The notes: generated by a model from the letters alone, not told the origin. 64,000 bases of DNA from an uncultured Verrucomicrobiae bacterium (GCA_963764165.1 CAVXRD010000002.1:1120001-1184000); one strand, 5' to 3'; shown: positions 50,501 to 61,115, numbered from the stretch's first letter. Numbers and translations: made by a program.

Positions 50501-51287
50501 GCCCCGCCAGCATTTCGTAGAGCACGGCTCCCAGCCCGTAAACGTCTGCCGTCACTGTAAGATCGCGCGCGCCTCCGGCGATTTGTTCCGGCGGCATGTA
50601 AGCCGGAGTGCCTAGGATGCTGTTGCTGGCAGTCATTTCGACGCTGCCTTCCAGAATCTTGGCCAGCCCGAAGTCGGTCAAGTGTGGCTCCCCCAGCGGA
50701 TCGAGCAGGACATTATTCGGCTTGAGGTCGCGATGCAGCACGCCGCGCTCATGCGCGTGTTGAACGGCGCGGGCAAGTTTGACAATCAATCGCGCCGCCT
50801 CCTCGGGTGGCAATCCGCGCCCGTGGGATTTTTTCTCAAGAGTTCCGCCCTCGATGAACCGCATGGAAAAGAAATGCCAGCCATCGTGGTGACCGACCTC
50901 GTAAATGGGCACAATATTCGGGTGGTCGAGCCGCGCGGCGGCTCCCGCCTCAGTGCGAAACCGCTCCACCATGCGAGGCGAGGCGAGCTCGCCTGCGGCG
51001 ATCACTTTCAGGGCCACGACGCGATCGGGTTTCTTTTGGCGGGCGCGGAAAACCACTCCCATTCCGCCACGGGCAATCTCCTCAATGATTTCATATCCGG
51101 CGAATTTGCGGGCGGCCAGCAGGCCGGCGGGTGATTGCAAGTTCGCGAATTCATCATCCTCGGGCGGCGGGGCAAGCGCGCCGATCAGCAGGCAGCGCGC
51201 GCACAAGCCATCGGGCGCGCCGCCCATCAAGGGCGCGGCGCAACGATCGCATCGCGCGTCGCTTTCAGGCAGACCTGTTATGTTCAT
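47595..51287 (-). CDS. Membrane Ser/Thr protein kinase with N-terminal Cys motif and C-terminal WD40 repeats
   Basis: CDRC...CARC; IARGGMGVVF, VALK, HRDLKPNN, DFG, GTPAYMPPE; TM segment; many FSPDG..(L/I)AT WD40 blades. Confidence 0.95.
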   Translation of the reverse strand: MNITGLPESDARCDRCAAPLMGGAPDGLCARCLLIGALAPPPEDDEFANLQSPAGLLAARKFAGYEIIEEIARGGMGVVFRARQKKPDRVVALKVIAAGELASPRMVERFRTEAGAAARLDHPNIVPIYEVGHHDGWHFFSMRFIEGGTLEKKSHGRGLPPEEAARLIVKLARAVQHAHERGVLHRDLKPNNVLLDPLGEPHLTDFGLAKILEGSVEMTASNSILGTPAYMPPEQIAGGARDLTVTADVYGLGAVLYEMLAGRPPFEGPNPHALLRKIAEEEPTPLRRMETALPASALHADLEAICLKCLEKEPERRYRSAAELIEDVENALRGEPIQARPSTATQRMHKWVRRHPAQSGLILISLLALVVITIGSLAFNVRLNRARAIANANEAASRHALLTQDLRESGRLNSANEGFAGLAPLIDAARLCRDEPDVQHSVAERVAGTLQNSPRLMRVWDAGGIPGKLQFSKDGRRLIAILQDGETCVWNLTTQNSRKLATPRPGAHDTILDPNGSQVLEFFNRLPYASIRRLTDNAVVSLAMESNQPVMAAFSPDGKIVATGGVPIQFWSTETGERLSVATTNNSPAFWMCFSRDGKTLLTVHEGDRAYAWSVATGALVKQEESPVFPWVPPKLDQEGERLLCYSTNRIKVLRWRTGETMASVPSPENWQVIEMKPDGRQFATGGFQEPARIWDTSTSEPHGQTVIHEGGVNKIVFSPDGAWLATAGFDYQLRLVHTDSQKPAMPTVHRTTLIQEIAFSDDSRFLAAGDAAGCVQVWDLSFGAQPLLVNGEAMTRMANTPDGRWMILADRHGTCHIFNLETGELQGQPVTVPGGVQQISLDAGPGHIALALGKRGLQINDFSTGKMLLKLQAGDNPALEDISRVAFRPDGSEFATATSRGLLQLWRTSDGQPLGSSIDLREPAKTICWSPNGRWICTAGGRSAEVWDAKSGLSCGKPIVGGPLDTFSEAQFDPAADRIAIAFGNSDIEPSAARIYALPGLQPTAAPLRHGDGVSSMRFSPDGALIATGGEDNVVHLWRAADGSPATGELRHRRVVSALAFRADGRVLASGAADGAVNIWETVRGDALMPPMHFNGSVSSLVFSRNGRRLYVSTGGASAAVWVIDLPSEPPSNRQLELMVEAMTGMRVGMPMTAQELAGTFASLNGGQAGPEWPQDLRPWHNQQAVMAELRGDWFSAVFHLDRLAMGTPGDPSILTRLSAARRNFASSR

Positions 51288-51362
51288 TCTTTGACGGACC
51301 GAGTTGGCTGAAGTGATGGCGGTTGCTCATCGGTGCGTCTTTGGCCACTGCGGCTACTGCAT

Positions 51363-51394
51363 CATACCAGAGCCCTTTTCAGGCGAAGGTTTCA
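51363..51394 (-). promoter_or_regulatory. Candidate ECF-sigma promoter P3
   Basis: TGAAAC-N21-GTATG, about 76 nt upstream of kinase ATG 51287. Confidence 0.55.
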
Positions 51395-51446
51395 AGAAAT
51401 CTGAAAAATACTTCACCGTTCGCCAATTCAAGCGCCTCTTCGACCG

Positions 51447-52196
51447 CTAGGCCGCGAGCACCGCGATGAGGTGCTGAATTTCCTCCTCGACATCCTCTTC
51501 CGATCCAACGGTCGAAGCCACTTCCTCGCGGATGATCTCACCGTAACGCCGTCTCATTCGGAAGATGGCAGTCTTGGTGGCCGGTTCTGAAAGGCCGGAT
51601 CGTTGCGCGGCCTCCGCATAAGATTGTCCCCCGCCGTCGCCTTGCAGAAAGGCCTTGAGAACATCAAATCGGGATTTCAAGCCGTCGTTTTCCATTTCGT
51701 CGCCCAACCGGTGCAGCGCCGTTTTTACCACCGTTTGGGCCCAGCGCAGATCAAACCACTTTTCCGCCGCGGCTGGATTTCCCGGTTCCATTAAGAACTG
51801 TTGCTCGGGGTCGAGGCCATCCAAGGATATAATGGTTGTTCCGCCGCCGCGTTTCAGCCGCTGGGAGTCGCGCCACGCGCTGGCGAGAAAATTCTTGAGC
51901 GCAGCGAGCAAGAAACTTCGAAAGCGCCCCTTATCCGGGGAGACAGCCTGCAAGGAATCGCTCGAAAGAAGCCGCGCAAAGAATTCCTGGGTCAAATCCT
52001 TGGCCTCCTCATCGCCGTATCCCTGACCGCGGACAAATCCGTAAAGAGGATACCAATAGGCGCGGCACAACGTCTCCAGCGCGGGAGCGGTTTCCGAAGA
52101 TGCGCGGCCCGCCTTTAGAATGACGCTCCAATGCGTCGTGCGAAAGTTGCGTGGCGACGAGTCCGATGTTCTGGATGGCGAGGCAGGTTCATCCAT
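51447..52196 (-). CDS. ECF sigma factor (kinase-associated type)
   Basis: FRTTHWSVI, ALETLCRAYWYPLY, AKDLTQEFF, KGRFRSFLL sigma2; SYAEAAQRSGLSEPATKTAIFRMRRRY sigma4. Confidence 0.92.
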   Translation of the reverse strand: MDEPASPSRTSDSSPRNFRTTHWSVILKAGRASSETAPALETLCRAYWYPLYGFVRGQGYGDEEAKDLTQEFFARLLSSDSLQAVSPDKGRFRSFLLAALKNFLASAWRDSQRLKRGGGTTIISLDGLDPEQQFLMEPGNPAAAEKWFDLRWAQTVVKTALHRLGDEMENDGLKSRFDVLKAFLQGDGGGQSYAEAAQRSGLSEPATKTAIFRMRRRYGEIIREEVASTVGSEEDVEEEIQHLIAVLAA

Positions 52197-52321
52197 TTTG
52201 CTCAACTACAACGGTAGCAGAACCATAGGAGTGTTTCCAGTAAAAAGATGTGCGGACGGACCTTGGCGGTTGCGGGTCACTTCAGCAACGCTAGAAGCGA
52301 AATATTTGTACATCAGCCAAT

Positions 52322-52418
52322 GCAAGGACAAGGGGCGGCCACAGATTCACACAGATCAACACAGATTTTTAATTTATCTGTGTTGATCTGTGTCCATCTG
52401 TGGCTCTCTTGTCTGGCG
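52322..52418. repeat. Direct repeat copy 1 flanking the second TA pair (contains a hairpin)
   Basis: 97-bp segment aligning without gaps to 53262-53358. Confidence 0.9.
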
Positions 52419-52480
52419 GGATTTGCCTTCTGCGGCTGTGACGAAAAAGGGACCAAGTTGTCCCTGTGATTTTCTCATAT

Positions 52481-52888
52481 TTAATCCAAGAGTGAAAACA
52501 AGGAAACAATCCTGATTTCCTTCACTCGGAACATAGGTTTTCCCGGCTTTTCTGAAGTATAAAACTCTTCCACGCCTTGGCGAATGGCGGCGGCAATCTG
52601 CAGTGCATCCGGGCCCGCCAAACCGTGGCGGGCGGCAAGATTTTCAGCCTCTAATCCGAGATCCGGAGTCAAGGCTTGGCTGCCGGCACAATCGGCAAAG
52701 TGCGATTCATAAAACGCCACCTCTCTTGGCCGTTTTTCAAAACGCGGCTTGGGCAGAAGTTCCAACCGGACCAGTTGGGACGTGAAAAACTCGCGCGTGT
52801 CATCATCCATTATCCTCATGGCAGCGCCTGACAGCGTCTCTCCGCGCCAGGCGTGCAATAAGACGCCGCTGTCCAAAAATGTTCTCAA
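52481..52888 (-). CDS. PIN-domain (VapC-like) toxin
   Basis: TFLDSGVL, VRLELLPKP, GPDALQIAAA, FYTSE. Confidence 0.9.
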   Translation of the reverse strand: MRTFLDSGVLLHAWRGETLSGAAMRIMDDDTREFFTSQLVRLELLPKPRFEKRPREVAFYESHFADCAGSQALTPDLGLEAENLAARHGLAGPDALQIAAAIRQGVEEFYTSEKPGKPMFRVKEIRIVSLFSLLD

Positions 52889-53151
52889 AAACTCCGCCCC
52901 CGGCGCTCCTTCAGCTCCTGCTCAGCTTGCGCATCAGAAAGCAACGGACTGCGTTCGGCTCGCCCCTTTTTACGCAATGCCTCCATTCGGCGTCCGCGTT
53001 CCGTTTTGGGTTTCCATTGCACCGGTTTGCGCTTGGCGATCTTTTCCTCAATTGCCTGCACAATGAAGCCGCTGCGTCCCTGACCCGCAGGCGGTATCTG
53101 TTCTAAAATCCGCGCCGGAATCTTTACGCTCACAAGAGTGGCATGCGTCAT
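52885..53151 (-). CDS. Putative antitoxin (ribbon-helix-helix-like)
   Basis: LVSVKIPARILEQI...RSGFIVQAIEEKI; overlaps the toxin start (ATGA). Confidence 0.8.
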   Translation of the reverse strand: MTHATLVSVKIPARILEQIPPAGQGRSGFIVQAIEEKIAKRKPVQWKPKTERGRRMEALRKKGRAERSPLLSDAQAEQELKERRGRSF

Positions 53152-53159
53152 ACCAAAAA

Positions 53160-53188
53160 GTAATACCACGCGCCTGCAGGCGCGTCAA
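53160..53188 (-). promoter_or_regulatory. TA promoter with palindromic spacer
   Basis: TTGACG-N17-TATTAC; perfect palindrome ACGCGCCTGCAGGCGCGT (53168-53185); ATG 8 nt after the -10. Confidence 0.65.
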
Positions 53189-53261
53189 TGTGGGCACGAC
53201 CTCCGTAAATATGCGAATATGTGGCACTGACAGAACGATGGGAGACGTTAAATGCAGCGGC

Positions 53262-53358
53262 GCAAGGACGAGGGCTCGCCACAGATTCACACAGATCAAC
53301 ACAGATTTTTGATTTATCTGTGTTGATCTGTGTCTGTCTGTGGCTCTTTTGTCAGGCG
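53262..53358. repeat. Direct repeat copy 2 flanking the second TA pair
   Basis: Matches 52322-52418. Confidence 0.9.
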
Positions 53359-53412
53359 CGCCTTGCCTTGCGGTTCGGATGCTCGATCCCCAGCGCCGGG
53401 TTAGGAAAAGCC

Positions 53413-53493
53413 CACAGAAGGTAACAAAGGAAACAAAGGAGGTCCCACTGAACCAGACGATTGCCCCCTTCGTTCGCTTCGTTTCCTTCTGTT
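53413..53493. repeat. Hairpin repeat (AACAGAAGG family)
   Basis: Same arms as 13840-13925. Confidence 0.7.
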
Positions 53494-53634
53494 AAGCCTC
53501 AACTTCAGTCTCTTTTCCTTAGTTCGGTCGTTCCAGATTCAATTTTCATCAGAATTTGTCCTCACGCCCGCTCATGGCTATTCGCCAGATTCGGATTGCT
53601 ACAGACGGTCTTCCCATGCTCAATGGGGCGGGTT

Positions 53635-54387
53635 ATGTCTTCTGAACCCGGAGCCAGTTCCATTTTTCCGCGCACCAACTGGGATGAGTTGGCGCCCGCG
53701 ACCACTGCCGACACCGAACGGCTGGATCGACTCATCCGGCTCTATTGGTCGCCGCTCAAGATTTTCCTCCTCGCCTCCTTTCCATCTTTGAAGGATCAGG
53801 CGGAAGTGCTGCTGCAGGAATTTGCCGAGGACAAAATGCTCAAGGCCGGCTGGCTTCAGCGGGCGGATCGCGAGCGCGGCAAGTTTCGCGATTTCCTAAA
53901 AACCAGCCTCCGCAACTTCGTCCTCGACCGCCTCAGCCGCGCCGAAGTCAAACACGCGCCTCTCTCGCTGGATGAACTCGAAGTCGATTTGCCCGGGCCA
54001 GAGGCGACGGCGGAAGCGTTCGACTTGACTTGGGTGCGGACGGTCCTCGGCGAAACGCTGCGGCGGATGGAGGAGGATTGCAAAGATCCCGAAAATGGCC
54101 AGCCACGGCGCGGGCAAATTTGGGAAATGTTTCGCATCCGCCTGCTGGATCCGCTTTTGCATGACGCCCCGCAAGTGCCATATGACCAACTCATACAAAC
54201 CTTCGGCTTGAAATCCCCGACCGACGCCTCGAACATGCTGTTGAGCGCCAAGCGCATGTTCAAATCGCACCTCACCAAAGTCATCAAGGAATATGCGGAA
54301 GCGGACGCCGCGACCGCTGAGGAAATCCGCGCCTTGGAGGAGTTTGTCGCCCGATTGGCGCAAGAAAGCCCCAAACGCGGCGTATAG
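53635..54387 (+). CDS. Divergent ECF sigma-factor-like protein (kinase-associated type)
   Basis: FPRTNWDEL, LDRLIRLYWSPL, ADRERGKFRDFLKTSLRNF, FDLTWVRTVL align with the 51447 sigma; sigma4 region diverged. Confidence 0.8.
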   Translation: MSSEPGASSIFPRTNWDELAPATTADTERLDRLIRLYWSPLKIFLLASFPSLKDQAEVLLQEFAEDKMLKAGWLQRADRERGKFRDFLKTSLRNFVLDRLSRAEVKHAPLSLDELEVDLPGPEATAEAFDLTWVRTVLGETLRRMEEDCKDPENGQPRRGQIWEMFRIRLLDPLLHDAPQVPYDQLIQTFGLKSPTDASNMLLSAKRMFKSHLTKVIKEYAEADAATAEEIRALEEFVARLAQESPKRGV

Positions 54388-54398
54388 GAAACGAGTGT

Positions 54399-54932
54399 AT
54401 GTCGGAATTTGATCCCGCTGGGACTCTCTCCAAGAGTCCCCCGAAAAGTCTCGCCGCATTCCTGGCGGAAGGGGAGGAACGCGCCCGCCTCTGGCGGCCG
54501 GACGAATTGGCAGCGATTTTCCGCCACCAAATGTCCGCCCCCGTGCTGGTGGATCTCGGCGGCGCCGATCCGGTGACAGCGGCGCGCCTGAAAGCCTTGA
54601 GCAACGCGCAAGGTTTATTATTGACAAGTTTTCGCGATCTTTTTCTGCATCCTGTTCCTCCGATTGAATTGCTGGCCCTCACCAAGGATTTCGCCAAGGG
54701 CAACATGGATCAGCCGGACAGCGTCCTTCCAAATGACGTGGCGGCGGCCGTTTATTATTTGACCATCGCGGCGGGATTGGTTCGCCTGAACCAGCGCATC
54801 TCGCGACTCGGCGATTCCGAACTCAAACGCGGCCTGGAGTGGGCCAAGAGCAAGCCGTGGGTGGAATCGGCGCTTCAGGATTTGCTGGGCGAGGCCGTGC
54901 GCAAATTGGAGACTCCCGGCGGGAAATCATGA
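54399..54932 (+). CDS. Hypothetical protein between the ECF sigma and kinase genes
   Basis: 177 aa, tightly packed (11 nt after the sigma stop, overlaps the kinase start); no family recognised. Confidence 0.8.
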   Translation: MSEFDPAGTLSKSPPKSLAAFLAEGEERARLWRPDELAAIFRHQMSAPVLVDLGGADPVTAARLKALSNAQGLLLTSFRDLFLHPVPPIELLALTKDFAKGNMDQPDSVLPNDVAAAVYYLTIAAGLVRLNQRISRLGDSELKRGLEWAKSKPWVESALQDLLGEAVRKLETPGGKS

Positions 54933-57034
54933 GCAACGATTCCTCCAAGCAGGAACAGGCGCCGTTTGTTCCGCAGGCTTCGGTATTTTCCGGGCCGATC
55001 GCGGAACTGGTCGGCCACCGACTGCTCTCGCCGCCCAATCGGCCCGGCCTGCTCGCAACTCTTTCGCGTTACGAAGTGCTTCGCGTATTGGGCAGCGGCG
55101 GCATGGGCGTGGTGTTGCTGGCGCGCGATGGCGAATCCGGGCGGGAAGTTGCGCTGAAAATGGTGCGTCCGGAATTGGTCAGCAACCAGCAGGTCGTGCA
55201 CCGTTTCGTCAAGGAAGCGGGGCACTTGCAGAAGCTCAAGCATCCGAACATCATTCCTGTTCTCGAAATTTCGGACCGGGCGGAAGGGCCTTACTTCGTC
55301 ATGCCTTACTTCGAGCAAGGCAGCATGGCCGCGCAAATCAAGCCAGGCCAGGGGTATGATTCATCGACCGTGCTGGAAATTGCCCTGCAAGTCGCACAAG
55401 GCCTTCAATTCGCCCATCGCCGCGGCATCATTCATCGCGACCTCAAGCCCGCCAACATTTTGCTCGGCGCGGGCAACAGCGCTTGCCTGGCCGACTTCGG
55501 ACTCGCCCGGACGATGTTCAATGACACGATACTTGATGTCGAAAGTGACCGCCTCGAAGGAACCGCGCCCTACATGTCACCCGGTGTGGCGGCGGGAAAT
55601 GCCGAGGATACGCGCTGCGATATTTACGCCTTCGGGGCGGTCCTTTATGAAATGTTGACCGGCGATCCGCCTTACGTCGGGCGCAACACGCAGGACGTCC
55701 GCAAGCAAATTCTGGCTGGGCCGCCGAAGCCCATTCGCCAGCGCAATCCCGAAGCGGACGCGTGTCTGGCGGCGGTCGCGGAAGGGGCGATGGGGCGCGA
55801 ATTGCGCAACCGCTACGCCGACATGACAGACGTGTTGAGCGATTTGGAGCGGGTCAAGCAGGGCCGCAAACCCACCGGTCCGCACGGAATGGCCAAGCGG
55901 GTGCGCCATGTTCCAATCGCGGCGTGGGTTGGGTTGGCGGCGATGGCAGCCGTCGCCGTTTGGTGGGCGGTGCGCCCGCCAGTCAAAGAAAAGGTGACAA
56001 TTTTCCCGCCGCCGGGCCCGGTTACCCAGACCAATGTTGTTGCGCACCCACCCGTCACTAATCCACCACCGCCATCGAATCCGCCGCCGATTCAAGTGGT
56101 CGCGCCTCCGAAGTGGTCGCCGCCAATTATCGTGGGAGGCATGGGAGAAATGGGAGCGATGGACGGGTTTGGCACTGCTGCCCGTTTTGCGTCGCCAGTA
56201 GCCATTGCGGCCAATGGCACGGGCTACGTTTTTGTGGCGGATATGGGCAACAATACCATCCGCAAGATTTCGCCCGGCGGCGACGTGATCACCTTGGCGG
56301 GTTCGGCGGGCAAGCCGGGGGAGATCGACAAGGCCGGATCGGAAGCCCGCTTCACGGCGCCTCGGGGCATTGCAGCCGGGCGGTCGGGAAACGTGTATGT
56401 CGCGGAATTTGTCTCGGGCACAGTTCGGAAAATTAGTCCTGAGGGCTTTGTTTCGCTGCTCGCGGGCTCGCCGGGCCATCCTGGCTGGAAGGATGCCCGC
56501 GGCGATAACGCCCACTTCCGCAATCCTTGGGCGCTGGCAGTGGATCGCGACGAGAATGTTTATGTCACCGACAAGGATAATTTCGTCATCCGCAAGATTT
56601 CGCCCGACGGCGACGTCACCACCATAGCGGGGAAACCGGGCGTGCGCGGTTTTGCCGATGGCACGGGCGAGGCGGCCCGATTTGATGACTGCCAGGGGAT
56701 CGCCGTGGATCGCGCTCTCAATGTTTATGTTGCGGATACTGGAAATCAGACCATTCGCAAAATTTCGCCAAAGGGGGAAGTGACCTCGCTGGCTTCGGGG
56801 CTTTTCCGGCCCGTTTGCGTCGTGGTGGATGGAAAGGGAGATGTCTATTCGAGCGATTCCATCGGCGTTCACAAGATCGCCGGCGGAAATGTCGAATTGC
56901 TGCCTCCGCTTCTGCTGACCGCCAACCCGGACGGCCCCGTGGCGCAGGCGGACGGCATCGCGCTGGGGCCCGGCGGAACGCTTTACATTGTGGATACCAG
57001 CAAGGGCATTGTCTGCTGGCAGCCGACGAAGTAG
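54929..57034 (+). CDS. Membrane Ser/Thr protein kinase with Pro-rich linker and NHL repeats
   Basis: LGSGGMGVV, VALK, HRDLKPAN, DFG; TM segment; DG.G.AARF..P..IA......VYVAD.GN.TIRKISP NHL repeats. Confidence 0.93.
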   Translation: MSNDSSKQEQAPFVPQASVFSGPIAELVGHRLLSPPNRPGLLATLSRYEVLRVLGSGGMGVVLLARDGESGREVALKMVRPELVSNQQVVHRFVKEAGHLQKLKHPNIIPVLEISDRAEGPYFVMPYFEQGSMAAQIKPGQGYDSSTVLEIALQVAQGLQFAHRRGIIHRDLKPANILLGAGNSACLADFGLARTMFNDTILDVESDRLEGTAPYMSPGVAAGNAEDTRCDIYAFGAVLYEMLTGDPPYVGRNTQDVRKQILAGPPKPIRQRNPEADACLAAVAEGAMGRELRNRYADMTDVLSDLERVKQGRKPTGPHGMAKRVRHVPIAAWVGLAAMAAVAVWWAVRPPVKEKVTIFPPPGPVTQTNVVAHPPVTNPPPPSNPPPIQVVAPPKWSPPIIVGGMGEMGAMDGFGTAARFASPVAIAANGTGYVFVADMGNNTIRKISPGGDVITLAGSAGKPGEIDKAGSEARFTAPRGIAAGRSGNVYVAEFVSGTVRKISPEGFVSLLAGSPGHPGWKDARGDNAHFRNPWALAVDRDENVYVTDKDNFVIRKISPDGDVTTIAGKPGVRGFADGTGEAARFDDCQGIAVDRALNVYVADTGNQTIRKISPKGEVTSLASGLFRPVCVVVDGKGDVYSSDSIGVHKIAGGNVELLPPLLLTANPDGPVAQADGIALGPGGTLYIVDTSKGIVCWQPTK

Positions 57035-57037
57035 CTT

Positions 57038-57113
57038 GGCAGGGCGAGACCGTCCAGCCGTGATTAATTCTCTCGCTTAAGTCAATCAGGGCTCGACAGA
57101 GTCTCGCCCTGCC
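57038..57113. repeat. REPIN (GCAGGGCGAGAC family)
   Basis: Related to 12256-12343. Confidence 0.75.
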
Positions 57114-57279
57114 GAATATTGGAAGAATTCGAGCGAATCTTGCAAGATATTGCGGTGTTCCCCGTAAAGAACTGTGAACACGGCAGGTGCCGGCCTCTCT
57201 TGCGCAAAGACCGCAGGAGGCGTACGTTGAATTGGGCAGTCAGATGCATTCGGACCCGACCCAGTTCGGAAAGAAGAAT

Positions 57280-58095
57280 ATGAAAGAGCATTCAATCGCA
57301 TTTCGGGCGGCCCTCGCCGCGGCAGCAGTCTCCTTGATTTCATTTGTCGGCGCCGGCACGGCCACCGCCCAGACGCAGGCTCCGCTTGCGGCTCCCGCCG
57401 GGGCACCGCCGCCGCCCCATTCGAGCCAGCCCATGCCCGGCTTGCCCTACGGCGCCGGGGAAGTGGTAAAGATGTACCAAGGCGGCATTGCCAAGGACGT
57501 CATCCTCAATTACATCAACAGCACGTCCCTGCCCTACCACTTGAGCGCGGACAACATTCTTTATTTGCAAAGTTTGGGCGTCCCGCAGGACGTTACCAAG
57601 TCAATGATCCAGCGCGACGGCCAATTGCAGCAAATGCAGCAATACCAGCAGCCGGGGCAGGGTTATCCGCCGCCGCAACAGATGCCGCCGCAAATGCAAC
57701 AGCCACCGCCGGGCTATTATGGAGACCAGTCTCAACAGCCCGTGCAAGTGGCCACGCCTTCCACACCAGCTCCGGCTGTGACTGTGATCGGGTCTGACTA
57801 TTCATCCTATCCATATCCGTATTACGGATATGATTATCCATATTGGTACGGCGGATATTACGGCCCGTATCTCGGCCTCGGCTGGGGACGCGGCTGGTAT
57901 GGCGGCTACCGTGGAGGGTGGGGTGGTTATCGCGGTGGTTATGGCGTCGGAGGTTTTCGCGGAGGTTTTGGAGGTGGGTTCCGGGGCGGGGTTGGCTTTG
58001 GCGGAGGCTTCCACGGCAGCGTTGGCGGCGGCGGAGGCCACGGTGGATTCAGCGCCGGCGGCCACGGTGGCGGCGGCGGTGGCGGGCACCGTTAA
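57280..58095 (+). CDS. Exported protein with Gln/Pro-, Tyr- and Gly/RGG-rich low-complexity regions
   Basis: Signal peptide; small helical domain EVVKMYQGGIAKDVILNYI...YHLSADNILYLQSLGVP; Gly-rich tail. Confidence 0.85.
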   Translation: MKEHSIAFRAALAAAAVSLISFVGAGTATAQTQAPLAAPAGAPPPPHSSQPMPGLPYGAGEVVKMYQGGIAKDVILNYINSTSLPYHLSADNILYLQSLGVPQDVTKSMIQRDGQLQQMQQYQQPGQGYPPPQQMPPQMQQPPPGYYGDQSQQPVQVATPSTPAPAVTVIGSDYSSYPYPYYGYDYPYWYGGYYGPYLGLGWGRGWYGGYRGGWGGYRGGYGVGGFRGGFGGGFRGGVGFGGGFHGSVGGGGGHGGFSAGGHGGGGGGGHR

Positions 58096-58120
58096 TCACT
58101 TTTTGTAGAATAAATTCTCA

Positions 58121-58155
58121 AACGACCGCAATTCACCTTGCGGTCGTTCTATTTT
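58121..58155 (+). terminator. Intrinsic terminator
   Basis: AACGACCGCAA-TTCACC-TTGCGGTCGTT followed by CTATTTT. Confidence 0.7.
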
Positions 58156-58217
58156 GAGAGGCGGGGACGCTTCGGCGAGTCGTCCGTGCCTTGGCGGGTC
58201 TTATCTTGACGTCTATC

Positions 58218-58246
58218 TTGCGGCCAACGGCGTTTAATGATATGGT
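58218..58246 (+). promoter_or_regulatory. sigma70-type promoter for ftsH
   Basis: TTGCGG-N17-TATGGT with a TG extended -10. Confidence 0.45.
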
Positions 58247-58270
58247 GGGGCAAATTGAACAAGTGATTTC

Positions 58271-60331
<2,061 letters not shown>

Positions 60332-60362
60332 CCTCTGGACAGGCGCGAGGGGCAGCCTATTT

Positions 60363-61115
60363 ATGATTGACGCCACAACCAGGCAGATGATCATCGCGCC
60401 GTCTCTGCTCGCGGCCAAATTCTCGCGCCTGGCCACGGAAACCGCGCGCGCCAGCGAATCCGGCGCACCGTGGCTGCACCTCGACATCATGGACGGCCAT
60501 TTTGTGCCGAACATTTCGTTTGGCCCGGCGGTGGTCAAATCCATCCGGCCCTTCACGAAGATGGTTTTCGACGTCCACATCATGTGCTCCAAGCCGGACA
60601 TTCTTCTTGACCCATTTGCCAAAGCCGGCGCGGACCGGATGACGGTGCATGTCGAGCTTGGGCAGCAAGTGGACCCGCTTATCTGGAAAATCCGCTCGCT
60701 GGGAAAGCAAGTCGGCCTGGCCATCAATCCGCCGACCGCAATGGCGTCATTGGAGCCTTATTTGGAACGCGTGGATTCGCTTTTGATCATGACCGTCAAC
60801 CCCGGCTTTGGCGGCCAGGAATTTATTACTGAATGTTTGACAAAGATTCAACAGGCGGCGGCTTGGCGCGAGAAGCACGGATACAAATATCGAATTGGGG
60901 TGGATGGCGGCATCCATGACGCCACAGCCTCCAGTTGCGCGGCGGCGGGCGCGGACACATTCATCAGCGGCACCGGTCTCTTCGCCCATCGGAATCTTCC
61001 GGCGGCGGTCGCCAAAATGCAGAAGATCATCGAGAAATCCGCCGCCAACGGCACGCCGCTGCCGCGGGAACAGACTGACGTTGGCAGGGAGGCCTCGCCG
61101 AGGCGTCTGGAGTGA
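60363..61115 (+). CDS. rpe: Ribulose-phosphate 3-epimerase
   Basis: IAPSLLAA, HLDIMDGHFVPN, DVHIM, MTVNPGFGGQ, VDGGI. Confidence 0.97.
   Translation: MIDATTRQMIIAPSLLAAKFSRLATETARASESGAPWLHLDIMDGHFVPNISFGPAVVKSIRPFTKMVFDVHIMCSKPDILLDPFAKAGADRMTVHVELGQQVDPLIWKIRSLGKQVGLAINPPTAMASLEPYLERVDSLLIMTVNPGFGGQEFITECLTKIQQAAAWREKHGYKYRIGVDGGIHDATASSCAAAGADTFISGTGLFAHRNLPAAVAKMQKIIEKSAANGTPLPREQTDVGREASPRRLE

Noticed and set aside
52322..53358. Integron attC sites around the TA pair
   Set aside because: No RYYYAAC...GTTRRRY core boxes and no integron integrase in the window.
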